DNA of 64,000 bases, taken from assembly GCF_006345805.1 (NCBI RefSeq), contig NC_043000.1, positions 73,966,001 through 74,030,000 on the forward strand. The letters run 5' to 3'. The translations under genes and the position numbers were made by a program. The stretch is from Octopus sinensis. Taxonomy: Eukaryota. Below the pieces are notes generated by a model. It was given only the letters and a program-made list of their open reading frames with translations, made no database searches and was not told the DNA's origin. Shown here piece after piece: positions 39,501 to 53,771 of this stretch. How positions within the stretch are numbered: the stretch's first letter is position 1; each line of letters opens with the position of its first letter.

Positions 39501-41135
39501 TTTTAATAATACATGAATACATATATACTGGTTTGTACTTATAATATGTGTGTAACCGTAATTATTTCTTCTTATTTATTTTATCACATTTTAACTTAAG
39601 TATTTACAATATATTAATTTTTAAAAATTTCTGTGATGTTCTTATATACGATTGCATTAGTACTTCCCCATGTTGATATTATTTAATGCCTAATCTAGTA
39701 TATTATGGCATTGAATTTATTAAGTAAAAAAGAGATATATTTATAATATATAAATTAATATATATTTTATAACTTAGCGTACTTGGAATCATAACAAACT
39801 TACGGTAAATCTAATAACCGTATGTTTACTATGCAATAAACCGGGTTATAAATTTTAAGTTACCAGTGAAATAGTATCTTACATCGTAACATACTGATAT
39901 TTAAAAATATATATATATCTTTAAAATAAATATTTTATGGAAATGCATGAGTGGATCTTTTTTGTTATTTGAGGCATAGTTATAATTTTGAAAGACTAAA
40001 TGGCAGCATAGTTGCTCCCCTATTTGTTTATCTATGTGCTAGTTGTTGCTTGTGGTTATGTATGTGTATAAGTGTATGTGTGTGTGTATACATATAATTA
40101 TGTATGTATGTGCGATTGATCTGTGTGAATATGTGTGAATATTGGCGTTCCTTGACTAACTAACTGTAAAATTTCTTTTGTGATTTAAATTTCAAACTAC
40201 TAGCCAATCGAATTAATCTAAATAATCATTACCTAGTGGTCAGAATTTCTAAACTCATAGTTAGTTCGATCTTGAAAGGATGGACTTGGTGCAAACATAA
40301 CTGTATCTATTATTATTATTATTATTATAATTATTATTAATATTAATAGTAATTTTTATTGACTTTTATAGCTTTATAATTTTATGAACTGAACCATGGT
40401 TTTAATTATTATTTTTCATCTCCCTATGTGTTAGTTTTTTAAAACTATTAGCCAAATGTATAATAACTGTGCTTATTAATATTAATATATACACTGATAT
40501 ATATTGTTTTATTGTTTTGTTTACCTTGCATTATTGTACCAATGAGTATTATATTATATAAGTGTAGCATTATGAAGTTTATGCATAAGTTTTTATATTT
40601 TACATTTTTATATTTTTATATTTATATGTATATGGAAAAATAATTTTTTCAAAATTATAGCAAATTTAATTCTCTGAAGAGGCCGTGGGGCATCCTTGTT
40701 AATGCCTCATTTATACCTGCCTTCATGGCTTATAGGTTAAATGATGTATGACTGCCCTTGCTGCCGAAACAGCTGTCAGATATGATTTAATTACATATTA
40801 TATTTGAAATTTTACACTTATATCTCTTTGTCTATTTACATTTACTGTATATTTTGTATAATGCCTTTACTGATATGTAATGGTGTAATAAAGTATTGAT
40901 TGGGTATCATCTGATAGTTGATGTTTTATTGATTTAAGTTTGTTTCTCCATTTTCTAATTTTGTAGTATTAATTTACGGTAATATTATTACCTTTACCCA
41001 TATAATACAATAGATGAACTGATTGTTTGGCAATTTTAACATCTATGTATTAGTCTTGTTGGGTACCTATCTAGCAGTATATTGGATATATGTTATCCCA
41101 TGGTGGGTTGAATTTTCAACCCCTATCTCATTTTA
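36558..41135 (+). mobile_element. 5'-truncated Naiad-like Penelope element with a long 3' UTR and hammerhead
   Basis: FDITMGSPDSAEVTDLVG...GGLYRDD...NYLDV, Asn-rich linker, CVFGNQCLRKEVVYQCTV...VYIGAT (GIY-YIG). Coding region ends at ~38678. Confidence 0.88.
40668..40783 (+). ncRNA. Type I hammerhead ribozyme with an expanded stem II
   Basis: TCT-CTGAAGA-GGC...(~80 nt)...GCC-GAAA-CAGCTG-TC-AGA. Intact core, palindromic stem III, GUC triplet. Confidence 0.82.
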
Positions 41136-41354
41136 TAATATATATATATATTATATATATATATATATATTATATATATATATATTATATATATATAATA
41201 TATATATATACATATATATATATACATATATATATCTATATATACATATATATATAATATAATATATATCTACATATATATATCTATATATATACATATA
41301 TATTATACATATATATATATACATGTATATATATACATATATATATATATATAC

Positions 41355-41389
<35 letters not shown>

Positions 41390-41483
41390 ATATATATACA
41401 TATATATATATACATATATATATATACATATATACATATATATATATCCATATATATATATACATATATATATACATATATAC

Positions 41484-41560
<77 letters not shown>

Positions 41561-41635
41561 CATATATATATGTATATATACATATATATATACATATATA
41601 TATAATACATATATATATATATACATATATATATA

Positions 41636-41690
<55 letters not shown>

Positions 41691-41768
41691 TATAATATAT
41701 ATATATATATATAAAATTATATATATACATATATATATATATAAAAAATATATATATATATATATCTA

Positions 41769-41812
<44 letters not shown>

Positions 41813-41830
41813 GACATATATATATATATA

Positions 41831-41861
<31 letters not shown>

Positions 41862-41901
41862 AAAATATAATTATATATATATATATACATATAATATATA
41901 C

Positions 41902-41977
<76 letters not shown>

Positions 41978-41978
41978 C

Positions 41979-42027
<49 letters not shown>

Positions 42028-42396
42028 TATATATATATATAATATAATATATATATATATACATATATATTATATACATATATATATCTATATATATCCA
42101 TATATATATAATATAATTATATATTATCTCTATTATACATATATATATATATACAATATATATATATACGTATATATATACATATATATATATACATATA
42201 TATATATACATATATATATATATACATATATAATATATACATATATATATATATATATACATATATATAACATATATATATATACATATATATATATATA
42301 CATATATATATACATATATATATATACATATATATATATATACATATAATATATATATACATATATATATATATATACCCATATAATAATATATAC

Positions 42397-42445
<49 letters not shown>

Positions 42446-42744
42446 ATAAATTATATATATATATATATATATACGTATATATATACATATATATATATAC
42501 ATATATATATATAATATATATATATACATATATATATATACATATATATATATAATATAGATTACATATTATATAAATACATATATATAATATAATATAT
42601 ACATATATATATAGATATATACATATATATATATATATTATATACATATATATTACATATATATATATATATATATAATAATATATATACATATAACATA
42701 TATATATACATATATATATATATATACATAATATATATATATAC

Positions 42745-42775
<31 letters not shown>

Positions 42776-42848
42776 CATTATATATATATATAAAATAAAT
42801 ATATATATATTATATAATATATTATATATACATATATATAATATATAC

Positions 42849-42887
<39 letters not shown>

Positions 42888-42898
42888 ATATATATATA

Positions 42899-42953
<55 letters not shown>
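41136..42953. repeat. ~1.8-kb imperfect (TA)n/(TACA) tract
   Basis: Seen directly. Confidence 0.97.
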
Positions 42954-42954
<1 letters not shown>

Positions 42955-44305
42955 GGATTTCGACCACGTAGAAGCTGCCTAACACAGCTCCTGCAACACT
43001 ATGACTGGGTGTTGAAACAGCTACTAAATGGCTCAAATGTGGATGTAATTTATCTCGACTTTGCAAAAGCCTTTGATAAGTCGACCATTGTATGATCTGT
43101 CACACAAACTGCGTGGTCTCGGCATAGGCTGAAAACTTGGACAGTGGCTGCATAACTTCCTAAAAGCCAGAAAACAGGCAGTTGTGAGCAATGGAGCCAC
43201 TCCAGGAAACACAAATAGCAAGCGGTGTCCACAGGGTACTGTCTTGGGCCCCTGATGTTCATAGTGGCCCTTTCAGACTTGCCTTCAGTTGCTACGATGA
43301 CCACCCTTGCTAGCTATGCAGATGACACAAAAGTCTCCCACGCAATACAAAACCCTGAAAATATTGCGCATCTGCAACAGGAGTTGGACACAATGTACAG
43401 GTGGGCTGAGTACAACAACATGCAGTTTAATGTAGGTAAATTCCAGGCTCTGCGCTACTGGCACACAAAGGTAAACGACGTGCAGACTGGATACACTGGC
43501 CCAGGAAGAATTGCAATCCCTGAGTCAAAATCAGTGCGTGACCTGGGCATTGACATGAGCAATGATGCATCTTTGCAAGTGCATATTGCTAATCTGGTGA
43601 TAAAATGCAGACGGCTAGCTGGGTGGATTCTCCGAACTTTCAGAACAAGAGAGAAGGAGACACTGATGGTCCTATGGAAAACATTCGTCCTCAGCCGCTT
43701 GGACTACTGCTCCCAACTATGGTCACCACACAATATAAAACTAACAGCAGACTCGAAGCATTCAGAGAAGCTACACAAGAAATCGTCTCAATGCAAAACA
43801 TCAGCTACTGGGAAAGACTGAAGGTATTAAACCTCTTCTCCTTAGAGTGGAGGCGGGAGAGATATGCGGTGATATACATCTGGAAAATCCTGGAGGGTCT
43901 TGTCCTAAACTTTGGCATTCAAAGTTACCCCAACCGCAGAACGGGGCGCCACTGCATGGTGCCAAGGATTCCAACATCACTATCAAAATACAGGTCCAGA
44001 TACTGCAACAGCTTGGGTTTCAGAGGACCACAGCTCTTTAACATCCTCCCTAAATGCCTGAGAGACTTGCATGGTGTGGATGTGGGTTTGTTTAAAACTA
44101 AACTGGATCTCTTCTTGTCGGGAGTCCCAGATGAACCTACCTCACGGCAGGAGACGCAGATGCGGGCAGATGCGTCGAACTCCCTTGTTGATCAAGTGCC
44201 ACGTATCAGAGGTGGATTCACATATTAGTGAAGCTCATTCAGCGGTGGTGACCCAGCATGGCCGCGGCCTTCGGGCTAAAACATTTTTAAGGATTTAAGG
44301 ATTTA
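42954..44305 (+). mobile_element. 5'-truncated CR1-group LINE (RT and 3' end) with (TTTAAGGA)n tail
   Basis: GFRPRRSCLTQLLQHYDW, YLDFAKAFD, YADD, RDLG, RLDYCSQLWSP. Diverged from family A. Confidence 0.92.
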
Positions 44306-44366
44306 TATACATATATATATATATGTACACATATATATATATGTACACATCATAATATATATATGT

Positions 44367-44414
<48 letters not shown>

Positions 44415-44502
44415 CACATACATACATAATATATACACACATACATATAATATATATATATATTATATATATATAGATATATATATATATATATATATAT
44501 AT

Positions 44503-44546
<44 letters not shown>

Positions 44547-44714
44547 CTGAATGATATGATATATATGTAAAAAATGTAATATATAAATAAATATCTACAA
44601 ATATGAACCATCTGATCTGATTACCTCATTTTTCTAATTTATATATATATATCTATATATATATATATATCTAGATATATATATATAATATATATATATA
44701 TATAATATATTATT

Positions 44715-44746
<32 letters not shown>

Positions 44747-44759
44747 ATATATATAATAT

Positions 44760-46310
44760 ATGACAATTATTCGGCAGCCATGATAAAACTCCGAGTTTCG
44801 GATGTCGGGGCGGAAACCCACGCCGCCATCTCTTCAGTTACCCAGCCATTGAAAAAAATGCTATGAAAATGACCGTTAAACAAAGAAAAATTACTGTGTG
44901 ATTGACCGTTATTAAGACAAAAGAGCTATTAGGATGACTGCTAAGTGAGGGGAGGGAGTAAATGTATGGGAGTAAAAATGTTCATAGTATTCGCGTAAAC
45001 GCACATGTCCATACCTACACATGCGTGCCTGCACATCAACGTACATGCGCCTATAAGTATATACTCATCCACCCTCACTTGAAACACACACATGCTCACC
45101 CACACATTCGCCAAAAAAATATATACATACCCACATACACGCTCACGCACACACACACGTCCACAAAAAAGGTTCATGCCCACGTCTATATACGCACATG
45201 CACAAGAAAAACAGGACTAAAGTCAAAATACAGAAAAATGTGTAAAAAAAGTGTAAAAAGTAAGCAATAAGAGTAAAACTTGTCTATATACGCACAAACT
45301 CGTATGCACGCACACACATACGTCTATATACGCGCATACCCGCACACGTCTATATACGCGCACACGCGCGCGCGCAAGAGAAAAAAAAGGTACACGTCTA
45401 TATACGCAGATGCAGAAGAAAAAACAGGGCTAAAAGCAAAATATAGAAAAATGTGTAAAAGAATGTGTAAAAAATATGTGATATGAGTAAAGCACGTCTA
45501 TATACGCGCATACTCACATGCATGCACACACACACACGTCTATATATGCACATACACGCACACAAGCACACATCCACACGCGTACACAAAAGATTCCATA
45601 TACACGTCTATATACACTCAGGGAAAATGCAGGGTGGAAGGTAGAATACAGAAAAAATATATGTAAAAAATATATGAGCAATAAACCTACAAAACAATAT
45701 CTCTTATAAATATGTAAAAAATATATAAATATATATATATAATATATAAGAAATATAAGTAAAAAGTATACATCAGGAAAAGTCCAAAACCATCATTTAT
45801 GAAGCCACTGTGGACTCTATATCCACTAAGGACACGGTTTCGACGAAGAAATACGTGGGCCTTACAAAGGTTCAATAATCACACCTTGAGCTTCAGGCAC
45901 TGGGATAAAAGGTAAACGACCAAATCATCCAGTCATATATGGTCCTTGAAAGATAAAGGTGTCAATTACAACATCCATTGGGAAATCTTAGCCAACTTTA
46001 AGCCTTACACCAACGGCAGTGGAAAATGCGGTCTTTGTGATGTGGAAAGATGGCTCATCTGGAAAAGCAGCTTAGACCCCCACCACATGTCTAAATTCAA
46101 AAACTAAACTTTTCGAAAGATGTCCATGTGTGGCTAAATATTTGTTACATTTTTGGTCCCCCACAGAGATTACAGATAGGACTTGCTATCTAAATTGTGT
46201 CCACGTACAAGCTTTTTTATCTCTCTATACTTTTTACTTATATATTTTATATCTATATTTTTATATATTTTTTACATATTTATAGAGATATTACGTTTAT
46301 ATATTTGTTT
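44760..46310. mobile_element. Naiad-like PLE 3' fragment (+ strand, ~45790-46310) fused head-to-head with an inverted 3' UTR/pLTR (- strand, ~44760-45760)
   Basis: KKYVGLT..RFNNHTLSFRHW...WEIL...KPYTNGSGKCGLC, homologous to 1200-1530. Segment 45695-45755 is an inverted copy of 46235-46292. Hammerhead on the minus strand. Confidence 0.72.
44782..44842 (-). ncRNA. Type I hammerhead ribozyme motif
   Basis: Minus strand reads GGTAA-CTGAAGA-GATG...CATCC-GAAA-CTC G GAG-TT-TTATC. Confidence 0.75.
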
Positions 46311-46314
46311 TGCA

Positions 46315-46751
46315 AGATTTTTGATGTGAAATCGTGTGTTGAAACAGATATTGTTGTATTTAGGAATGGTCATTTTGCCAGTTTAGCCAATAAAAACACA
46401 TGCACTATACATTTGGTGTTACTTTGCTTCAGAGTTATTCATTTTTTACATTAATCTTAATCTTATTTCGGCCAGAGTTCTGTCGTCACACTCCTGTGAC
46501 CTCATCAGTGGTCCTTTGCTTTCTTCTTTCTTATTTGTGTCTCTCCTTACTAACGGTCAGCCATCTTGTATTTTGTATTCTTATTGTATGTGTCTTCATT
46601 TGCGCATGCATATACCTCTATGTGTGTCTATGTTTAGTTAGTATGTGTGTGGGGAGAGGGGAAGTGTCTGTAATATTTGTATCTCCTGTTTATATAAGTT
46701 CGTGTAATTTGTTTTTGTTTATTTTTATTTTGTTCACGTGTTTACATTTAC

Positions 46752-46809
<58 letters not shown>

Positions 46810-48030
46810 ATATAGTTATTTACTTCCATTTGTTTATTTATCTGTGTATTTTATTATGTTTTTAGTTTTGTTTATATTGTTACCAGTTTATAGGGATCTT
46901 CTTCTATCATATGATGTGGTGTGTGCTAGTGTTCCATTCCAGTTAACTATTCAGGCTAGGTTTATCTTCTATTATGTGTGTAGCTCCGTAATTTATCTAT
47001 TGTTGCATCTGTTCTATGTATGGACAAGATTTTAACTTTTATGTTGTTGAGTGAGCCCCCATGTTCTTGCTCGGTGTGTTGGTACAGAACCGATGAGCTC
47101 TTTTCTTCCTTAAGTTCTCTCCAATGTCCATTTACCCGCTCTCCTATGCTCCGTGCCGTTTCCCCTACGTATGTCGTTGTCTTGTTACTGCATCGTCCCT
47201 CTATACATCTTATACTATAGACTACATTTCTGGATTTACAGTTTGTTTGTGGGCTAAATCTACACACAGTACAGTTCCTATCCGTACAGGGGGTTCTACT
47301 AAAAGGGTAGGTCCTGCCGATTAGGGATTTGATAGGGTTGCCTGGCCTTTCAACAACCTTAATCCTTAGCTTAAGTTTGTCATGGGCCCTTCTAAAGCGG
47401 TACGCCAGTTCGCCTCTAGGGGTGGTGTCGACGAACATGACACTCTGGTATTTGTGGCTATCATATCAAGAGTTATCCTTCCCTATTTTCGTCTTAGTCC
47501 TTTCAATAGTATTCCATGATTTGCTCCTATAGAGTGGGAAAATCTCATTCCTATCATTACATAAGACAGTATCAAATTTCTTCATGGCTCCTTTGTATAC
47601 TCTGATCCTTTTTTATGGCTGTAACCTGAGAACTGCATGCGGTGACCGAAATGTTGTATGTGTCTCTTTAACTCTGTAGGCTCGCACATGCGGGACACGT
47701 TTCGCATTATTCTGACGAGGTTAGCCATCAAAATATTGAATTTGGCATTGTCCGCGATAGCTGAGTTCCGGTGGATCAAGTATTAGGAAGCCATAGGTTT
47801 GGCATAGTACGAATGAAGGATTCGGGTTTTATTATTCTCAGTTTCCAGCCAGAGTTATGTGTCTAGTACTGGTAGTCTATGGTTAGGGTGTTTAGTGGGG
47901 TAGTCTATCGTGACCTTAATACTCTGGTGGATTGAGTTCGCGAAATAAGATTAAGATTAATGTAAAAAATGAATAACGCTGAAGCAAAGTAACACCAAAT
48001 ATATAGTGCGTGTGTTTTTATTGGCTAAAG
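46315..48030 (-). mobile_element. Penelope-like element fragment, Nematis-like, with an inverted terminal segment
   Basis: ITIDYP...LPVLD, YAKPMAS, CTDRNCTVC...NCKSRNVVYSIRC...YVGETARSIGERVNGH (GIY-YIG). Segment 47941-48030 is an inverted copy of 46382-46470. Confidence 0.85.
46455..46514 (-). ncRNA. Partial hammerhead-like motif
   Basis: Minus strand reads CTGATGA-GGTCA...TGGCC-GAAA-TAAGATT. The core and stem II are good, but stem I pairing is not evident. Confidence 0.5.
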
Positions 48031-48079
48031 GGAATGGGTGAAGAAAAAGTTCTTTCAAAGACAGGAGAGTGCAAGAGAA

Positions 48080-48125
48080 GGAGGTATGTGTGTATGTGTG
48101 GGTATGTGCATACGCACAGGTCTGT

Positions 48126-48162
<37 letters not shown>

Positions 48163-49290
48163 TGTGTAATGATAGCACATGTGTCTGTGTGTGTGTGGTT
48201 GTGGCTGTTTATCTATAGTATCATTTAAGGTCATAGGAAGAATTTATGGTAAAAATTTTGGTAGAAGTTGTGTTTACCTACACATGTGCGTAGGGGAATG
48301 GTCAGTAGAAGGTACTAGTAGTTTGAAGTATGTATGTGAGTGTGTATGTATATGTAGTGTGTGTGTTTTATTTTCAGTGTGTGTGTGTATGCGTAGGGGT
48401 TGTGTGTGTGTGGAGTAATTGTACTTTACTTTATGTATGTGTGGAGTAACTGTACTTTACTTTGTGTATGTGTGTGTGTGCTTGTATGTGCGTATGTGTG
48501 TGTACATGTATGTATAATTGTGTGAGTGTATGTATGTGTGCTGTGTGTGTATGGGAGGTATGTATAGGTTCATTTGCCTGTGCGTGTGTATATACACGTG
48601 TGTGCGTGTGAGTGTATGTGCGTGTGTACATGTCTGAGTATGTGCATGTGTATTTTGTGTGTGTGAACGAGGGGTTGTATAGGGGATATAGGTGCGTTTT
48701 TTGTGCGTGTAGTTATGTATGCGTATGTGGGTGTATATACGTGTATGCGTGGGGTTGTGAGTGTTAGGTATGTGTGCGCATATGTGTGTACGCGTGTGTG
48801 TATGTGTCTATATATGTATGCATATGTGTGTGTGCGTGAATGCATATATTGTGTGTGTATGTATATGTATGTGTATGCGTGGGTTGTGTGGGGAGTTGTG
48901 TGTGGGCTTTGTGTAGGCATATGTGTGCGTATCTGTGTGTATGTGTGTGCTTGTGTGCGTGTGCTTACGTGCGTGTATGTGCGTGTGTGTTTGTGCTCAT
49001 GTTCGTATAATTGTGTGCATCTGTATAAGTATTGTGTGTTGGAGGTATATGTGCGAACCTGTGCTTATGTGTGCATGTACGTGTGTATATGTGTGTGCGT
49101 GTATTATGTGCATATGTATGTGCGTGTGTGCATGTGTGTATGTGCGTGCATGTGTATATGTGTGTGTGAATGTGGAGATGTGTGTCGGATTATGTGTGCA
49201 TTTTGTTGCTGTATGCGCGTGTGCTTGAGTATGTGTCTGTAGGTGGTTGTGTGTACGTTTATGTGTGTGTATAATGGTTTGTATGTTTGT
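48080..49290. repeat. (TG)n/(TGTA)n low-complexity tract
   Basis: Seen directly. Confidence 0.93.
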
Positions 49291-50056
49291 GGGGCTGGTG
49301 GGGAAGAGAAGGTGCTACAGACCAGAAGATCGCGTAGGTTCCGGGCGCGTTTAAAGGAGGACAAGGGTGGGTTGGGGAAAATGGGGCAGGTGGTGGGATC
49401 GAGCTGGAGATGACGGAAGGCCCGTAGTATCCTCCGACGAAGGGGTAGAGTAGAGAGGTGGAAAAGGAGGAAAGAGTGTTGGTGAGGGGAAGGAGAAAGG
49501 GCGGTGGTGCGATCCATTCGACGAGTGCGGGCAAGGGCGTTTTGGACAAGGGTTGAGGGGTATCCTCGATGCCTAAACAGGCGGGCCAGGTACTGGGACT
49601 GGGTCTCAAAATCCTGGTCCCGACTGCACAAGCGTTGGAGGCGGAGGAACTGGGAGTAGGAGGTGGCCCGTTTGGTGTGGGAGGGATGGGAGGAGGAGAA
49701 TTTGAGATGGAGGTGGGAATCTGTGGGTTTGAAGAAGGTGGAGGTGGTGAGAGAGTGGGAGGGGTGGTCAATGGTAAGAGAGATATGAAGGAAGTTAACA
49801 AAGGTGTCAGAGATAGTAGAAGTGAATTGGAGAGAAGGGTGGAAGTTAGAGAGGAAAGAGATGAAGTGACAGAATTGTTCACAGGAGAGGGAGATGGCAC
49901 CTATACAGTCGTCTATGTAGTGACCGTATAGCTCTGAGGTCGGCCCGGAGAATTGGGAGAATGCTTGGGCCTCAATGTGGTCAACAAAGAGGTTGGCGAA
50001 ATTGGGGCCCATTCTTGTTCCCATCGTGACCCAAACACTAGTTGAATATTATATTA

Positions 50057-50099
<43 letters not shown>

Positions 50100-50114
50100 A
50101 TATATATTATATAT

Positions 50115-50490
50115 ATAGGCGCAGGAGTGGCTGTGTGGTAAGTAGCTTGCTAACCAACCACACGGTTGCGGGTTCAGTCCCACTGCGTGACATCTTGGAC
50201 AAGTGTCTTCTGCTATAGCCCCGGGCTGACCAATGCCTTGTGAGTGGATTTGGTAGACGGAAACTGAAAGAAGCCTGTCGTATATATGTATATATATGTA
50301 TATGTGTGTGTGTTTGTGTGTCTGTGTTTGTCCCCCTAGCATTGCTTGACAACCGATGCTGGTGTGTTTAGGTCCCCGTCACTTAGCGGTTCGGCAAAAA
50401 GAGACCGATAGAATAAGTACTAAAAGGTGGTGCTCCAGCATGGCCGCAGTCAAATTACTGAAACAAGTAAAACAGTAAAAGAGTAAAGAG
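50115..50490 (+). mobile_element. tRNA-derived SINE, family 1 (internal ~40-bp deletion)
   Basis: Matches 9993-10388. Confidence 0.92.
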
Positions 50491-50510
50491 TATATATATA
50501 TATATATATA

Positions 50511-52880
50511 GTGATATGGAGGTCAGTTGAAAAAAAGTGCTATGACCCATTTTGTTGGCTTGTAGTCGGAGAGTCTGGAAAAAAAATTATTGCGCTTTGT
50601 TCTGTTATTTTCTGGAGAGATTAATGGGTTTGGAAGAGACCTCTGACCCTTTTCCGGTCAGGGAAAGTTTAAGAAACCCCCCTTTAAAATGCGACGCGCT
50701 GGGTTAGTTTGGCAGTTCTGCCTGAGACAGTGAGATGGCAACAGGGCAGTTTGGCTGTTCTGCCTGAGACAGCAAAAGGGCCGGAAGAGACAGTCAGCTG
50801 GCAAGGTGGTGATGGGAGAGGCTGGCAAGGTAGTGATGGGAGAGGCAGCAACAACGTTGAGAAAGACAGACAGTGAATGTGAGAGATGACAAGCGAGAGG
50901 TAAAGAAAGACATACACAGAGGATTGAGGAGGTGAGGGAGATTACGGCGTGATAGCATTGGCCATTGTAGTTGGAGCTCGTAACGGTATGTTTGTTTATG
51001 TAAATTGTGAACTATGTTGCAAAAAAAAAGAACATTGTGAAAAGAGTTGTTGAAGAGGAAGAAAAGAATTGTTAAAAAACAAAGAACTGTGTTAAAGAGA
51101 AAAAGAAAAGAAAGAGATTATAAAGAACATTGGGATCTTTTCCTTTTGATGGACGGAATTTTCTAGTTAACTAAAAAATTTGAAACTTCGTATACTAGTA
51201 GAATGTGTCAAAAGAAAGCATTATTGTAAACAAAATTGAATGCAAAATTGTAATTTCTAAGTTTAACGTAGTTTAATGATTCGAATTTTAACCAATGAAA
51301 TCCTACCATTTGAGCTCCAACCATTTTCTGCATCTAAAAACTCACACACACACACGTCTTATTCATCCTTCTCTCTCTTCTGTCTTCTGCATGTGCTCTG
51401 CATGTGCTAGAAATAACAGCTATATCTCTTAAATCGATGAATTTCGTCGCCCAATAAAAATATTAACGATATTTTTTTAATATTTTCTTTATTTTTTTTC
51501 ACCGAAAAGGCTTCTCCCATGGTTTTGAAGGGCCAGAAACAACAAAAACAAAACAATAATATGCCTAAAGCGGTCTAGAGTTTGCGCGTGGAGTGTGAGT
51601 CGTATTGTAAAAATTTGCGAAATATGTTTTCAGAAAAGGATGCCCCAGTTTGTCGGAAACTGTGATATAAATTGGGAAAAAAATCCTCGACACCAGTGCA
51701 TAATTGGTACTTAATTTATCGACCCCGAAACGATGAAACATTGAACCCCGCTTCTGGTTTATTTACCTTTTGTGTAAATTTGTTGTGGCAAGGGGCAAAA
51801 CACAGAGGGGGCAAAGCATGAGATACAAAAGTATTAAGTCGATTCTATCGACCCCGAAACGATGAAACATTGACCCCCCTCCTTCTGGTTTATTTACCTT
51901 TTGTGTAAATTTGTTGCGGCAAGGGGCAACTCACGAACGTGTATGTATGCTTGTGTGCGTATGTGTGTGTATGTATATGTCCGTTTGTATGTGTGTGTAC
52001 GCTTATATATTAATTACTATGTGCTTGTGCAAATGTATATGCATGTGTTTGAGAGAGAGAGAGAGAGAGTGATAGAGAGAGAGAGTGACAGAGAGAGAGA
52101 GTGACAGAGAGAGAGAGGGTGTGTGTGTGTGTGTGTGCAAGTGTACGTGTGTATGTATCTGAATATGTGTGTGTGTATGTGTGTGTGTGTATGCGGCATG
52201 AGTCTGCTATGTTTGTTTATCAATATCGATAACGCAGCAAATGACTTGAGCTCAAATGCTCGGATTTCATTGGTTAAAATTCGAAGATGCTGGGATTTCA
52301 TTGGTTAAAATTCGAATCATTAGAAATTACAATTTTGTTTACAATAATGTTTTCTTTTGACACATTCTACCAGTATACGAAGTTTCAAATTGTTTAGTTA
52401 ACTAGAAAATTCCGTCCATCAAAAGGAAAAGATCCGAACATTGTGTTAAGGAAAGAGAAAGACTTTGATTTGAACTGTTTTGCCCTGAACATTTGTTTTG
52501 ATTGCTTCGGACGTTCTGTATCGTGCATGCCTTTGATTATTTTCGAACGACGTGTTATGTTTAAATGATTTTGTTGTTTTCTTTTTAATTCTGTTGCATG
52601 TTATTTTCTTCAATGTATCTGCTATGTTTCACATTGTATTTGATGTCGTAATAGTCGTATAAACTGTTCTTAAATGCAAGTTATCGCCTTCCGCCGTGTC
52701 TCTCTTCCTCCTGTTGTTGTTGTTATCTCCGGTCGCCGGTTCGAGTTCGCTGCCATCCCCCCCCCCACTACCGTTTTCTCTCTGTGTTGCGGATTCCCGT
52801 TCGACTGAGCTGGTCAATCGTCGTCGCTCGACTTAGTAGGGTCCCGGGTTCGAGTTTGAGCGACGGCAGGTTTCGTAACA
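50511..52880. mobile_element. Possible solo-LTR-like element interrupted by a TIR transposon
   Basis: Non-coding segment between TA runs, starting GTGATA and ending TCGTAACA (LTR-like TG...CA termini, left end imperfect). No PBS or PPT seen. Confidence 0.3.
51133..52435. mobile_element. Non-autonomous TIR DNA transposon, Merlin-like
   Basis: TIRs over 100 bp (GGATCTTTTCCTTTTGATGGACGGAA... / ...TTCCGTCCATCAAAAGGAAAAGATCC) and an exact 8-bp TSD GAACATTG at 51125-51132 and 52436-52443. Confidence 0.88.
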
Positions 52881-53739
52881 ATATATTTATATTAATGTGA
52901 CCCAGACACATAAAGCAGTTGAAGGTGAGGATGAGCTCTGCCAGGTGGAGAAGGCGGGGGTGTTGGGTGTGGGGTCAGGGTGACAGTCGAGGAAGTATTG
53001 GAGGGCTAAGAGACCGTCGTTGTGGGGAATACCTGTGTATAGGAATTTGATGTCCAAGGTGAGGAGGTGTGAGGGGCCGGGAGGGAAGGAAAAGGAATTG
53101 AAGAGGCGAACGGCGTGATTAGTGTCGTGTATGTGGGATGGGGGGCAGCAACTAGAGTGAACAGGATGCGGTCAAGTTATTTGGAAATGAGTTCGGTGGG
53201 ACAATTACAGGCAGAAACGATCGGGCAGCCAGGGTTGTTGGGTTTATGTATTTTGGGAAGGAAGTAGATGGTGGAAGTACAGCGTGTTTGGACGATGAGG
53301 TTGGTGGTGGGGGGGATATCAGAAGAGGAGATGAGGTCATGGATGGTGGAGGGCACTCGCTTTTGATAGGAGGTGGGGTCGGAGGGTAGGAGGTGATAGA
53401 AGAGGGATTTTGAAGTTGGCTGAGCACTTCCTCTCTGTATAGGTCTGTGCGCCACACCAACACTGCTCTACCTTTGCCTACCAGTTTGATGATAATGTTG
53501 TTGCAGCGACGGAAGTCGCCAAGGGCAATCAATTGAGCATGGGTGAGGTTGGCTTGGAGAGATTTTTTTTAAAAATTGAATCAGTTGATCAATGCATTGC
53601 AGTCGTGCACGAACAAGTCTAGGCTACTGAACTGGCCTGGAGGCAGTGTCCAGTTGGATGGGCGGCACCCCAGCTCCCAAAAACAATCCCAATTGTGTAG
53701 ATGTGTGGAAATGTATATATATATATACATGTATGTATG

Positions 53740-53771
<32 letters not shown>

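Larger units (their letters stand above)
49291..53710 (-). mobile_element. Neptune-like Penelope element RT, split by nested insertions (50045-52895)
   Basis: Right part: PSNWTLPPGQFSSLDLF, KGRAVLVW, YFLPKIHKP, PIVSAC, TLDIKFLYTGIPH. Left part: MGTRMGPNFANLF, YIDD, FHPSLQFT, FFKPTDSH, SSSHP, YSQFLRLQRLCS. Confidence 0.9.

Noticed and set aside
50025-52925. GTGACCCA.ACAC...GTTGAA on both sides of the nested insertion as a TSD
   Set aside because: The match is imperfect and gapped, and could be internal PLE similarity or an older rearrangement.
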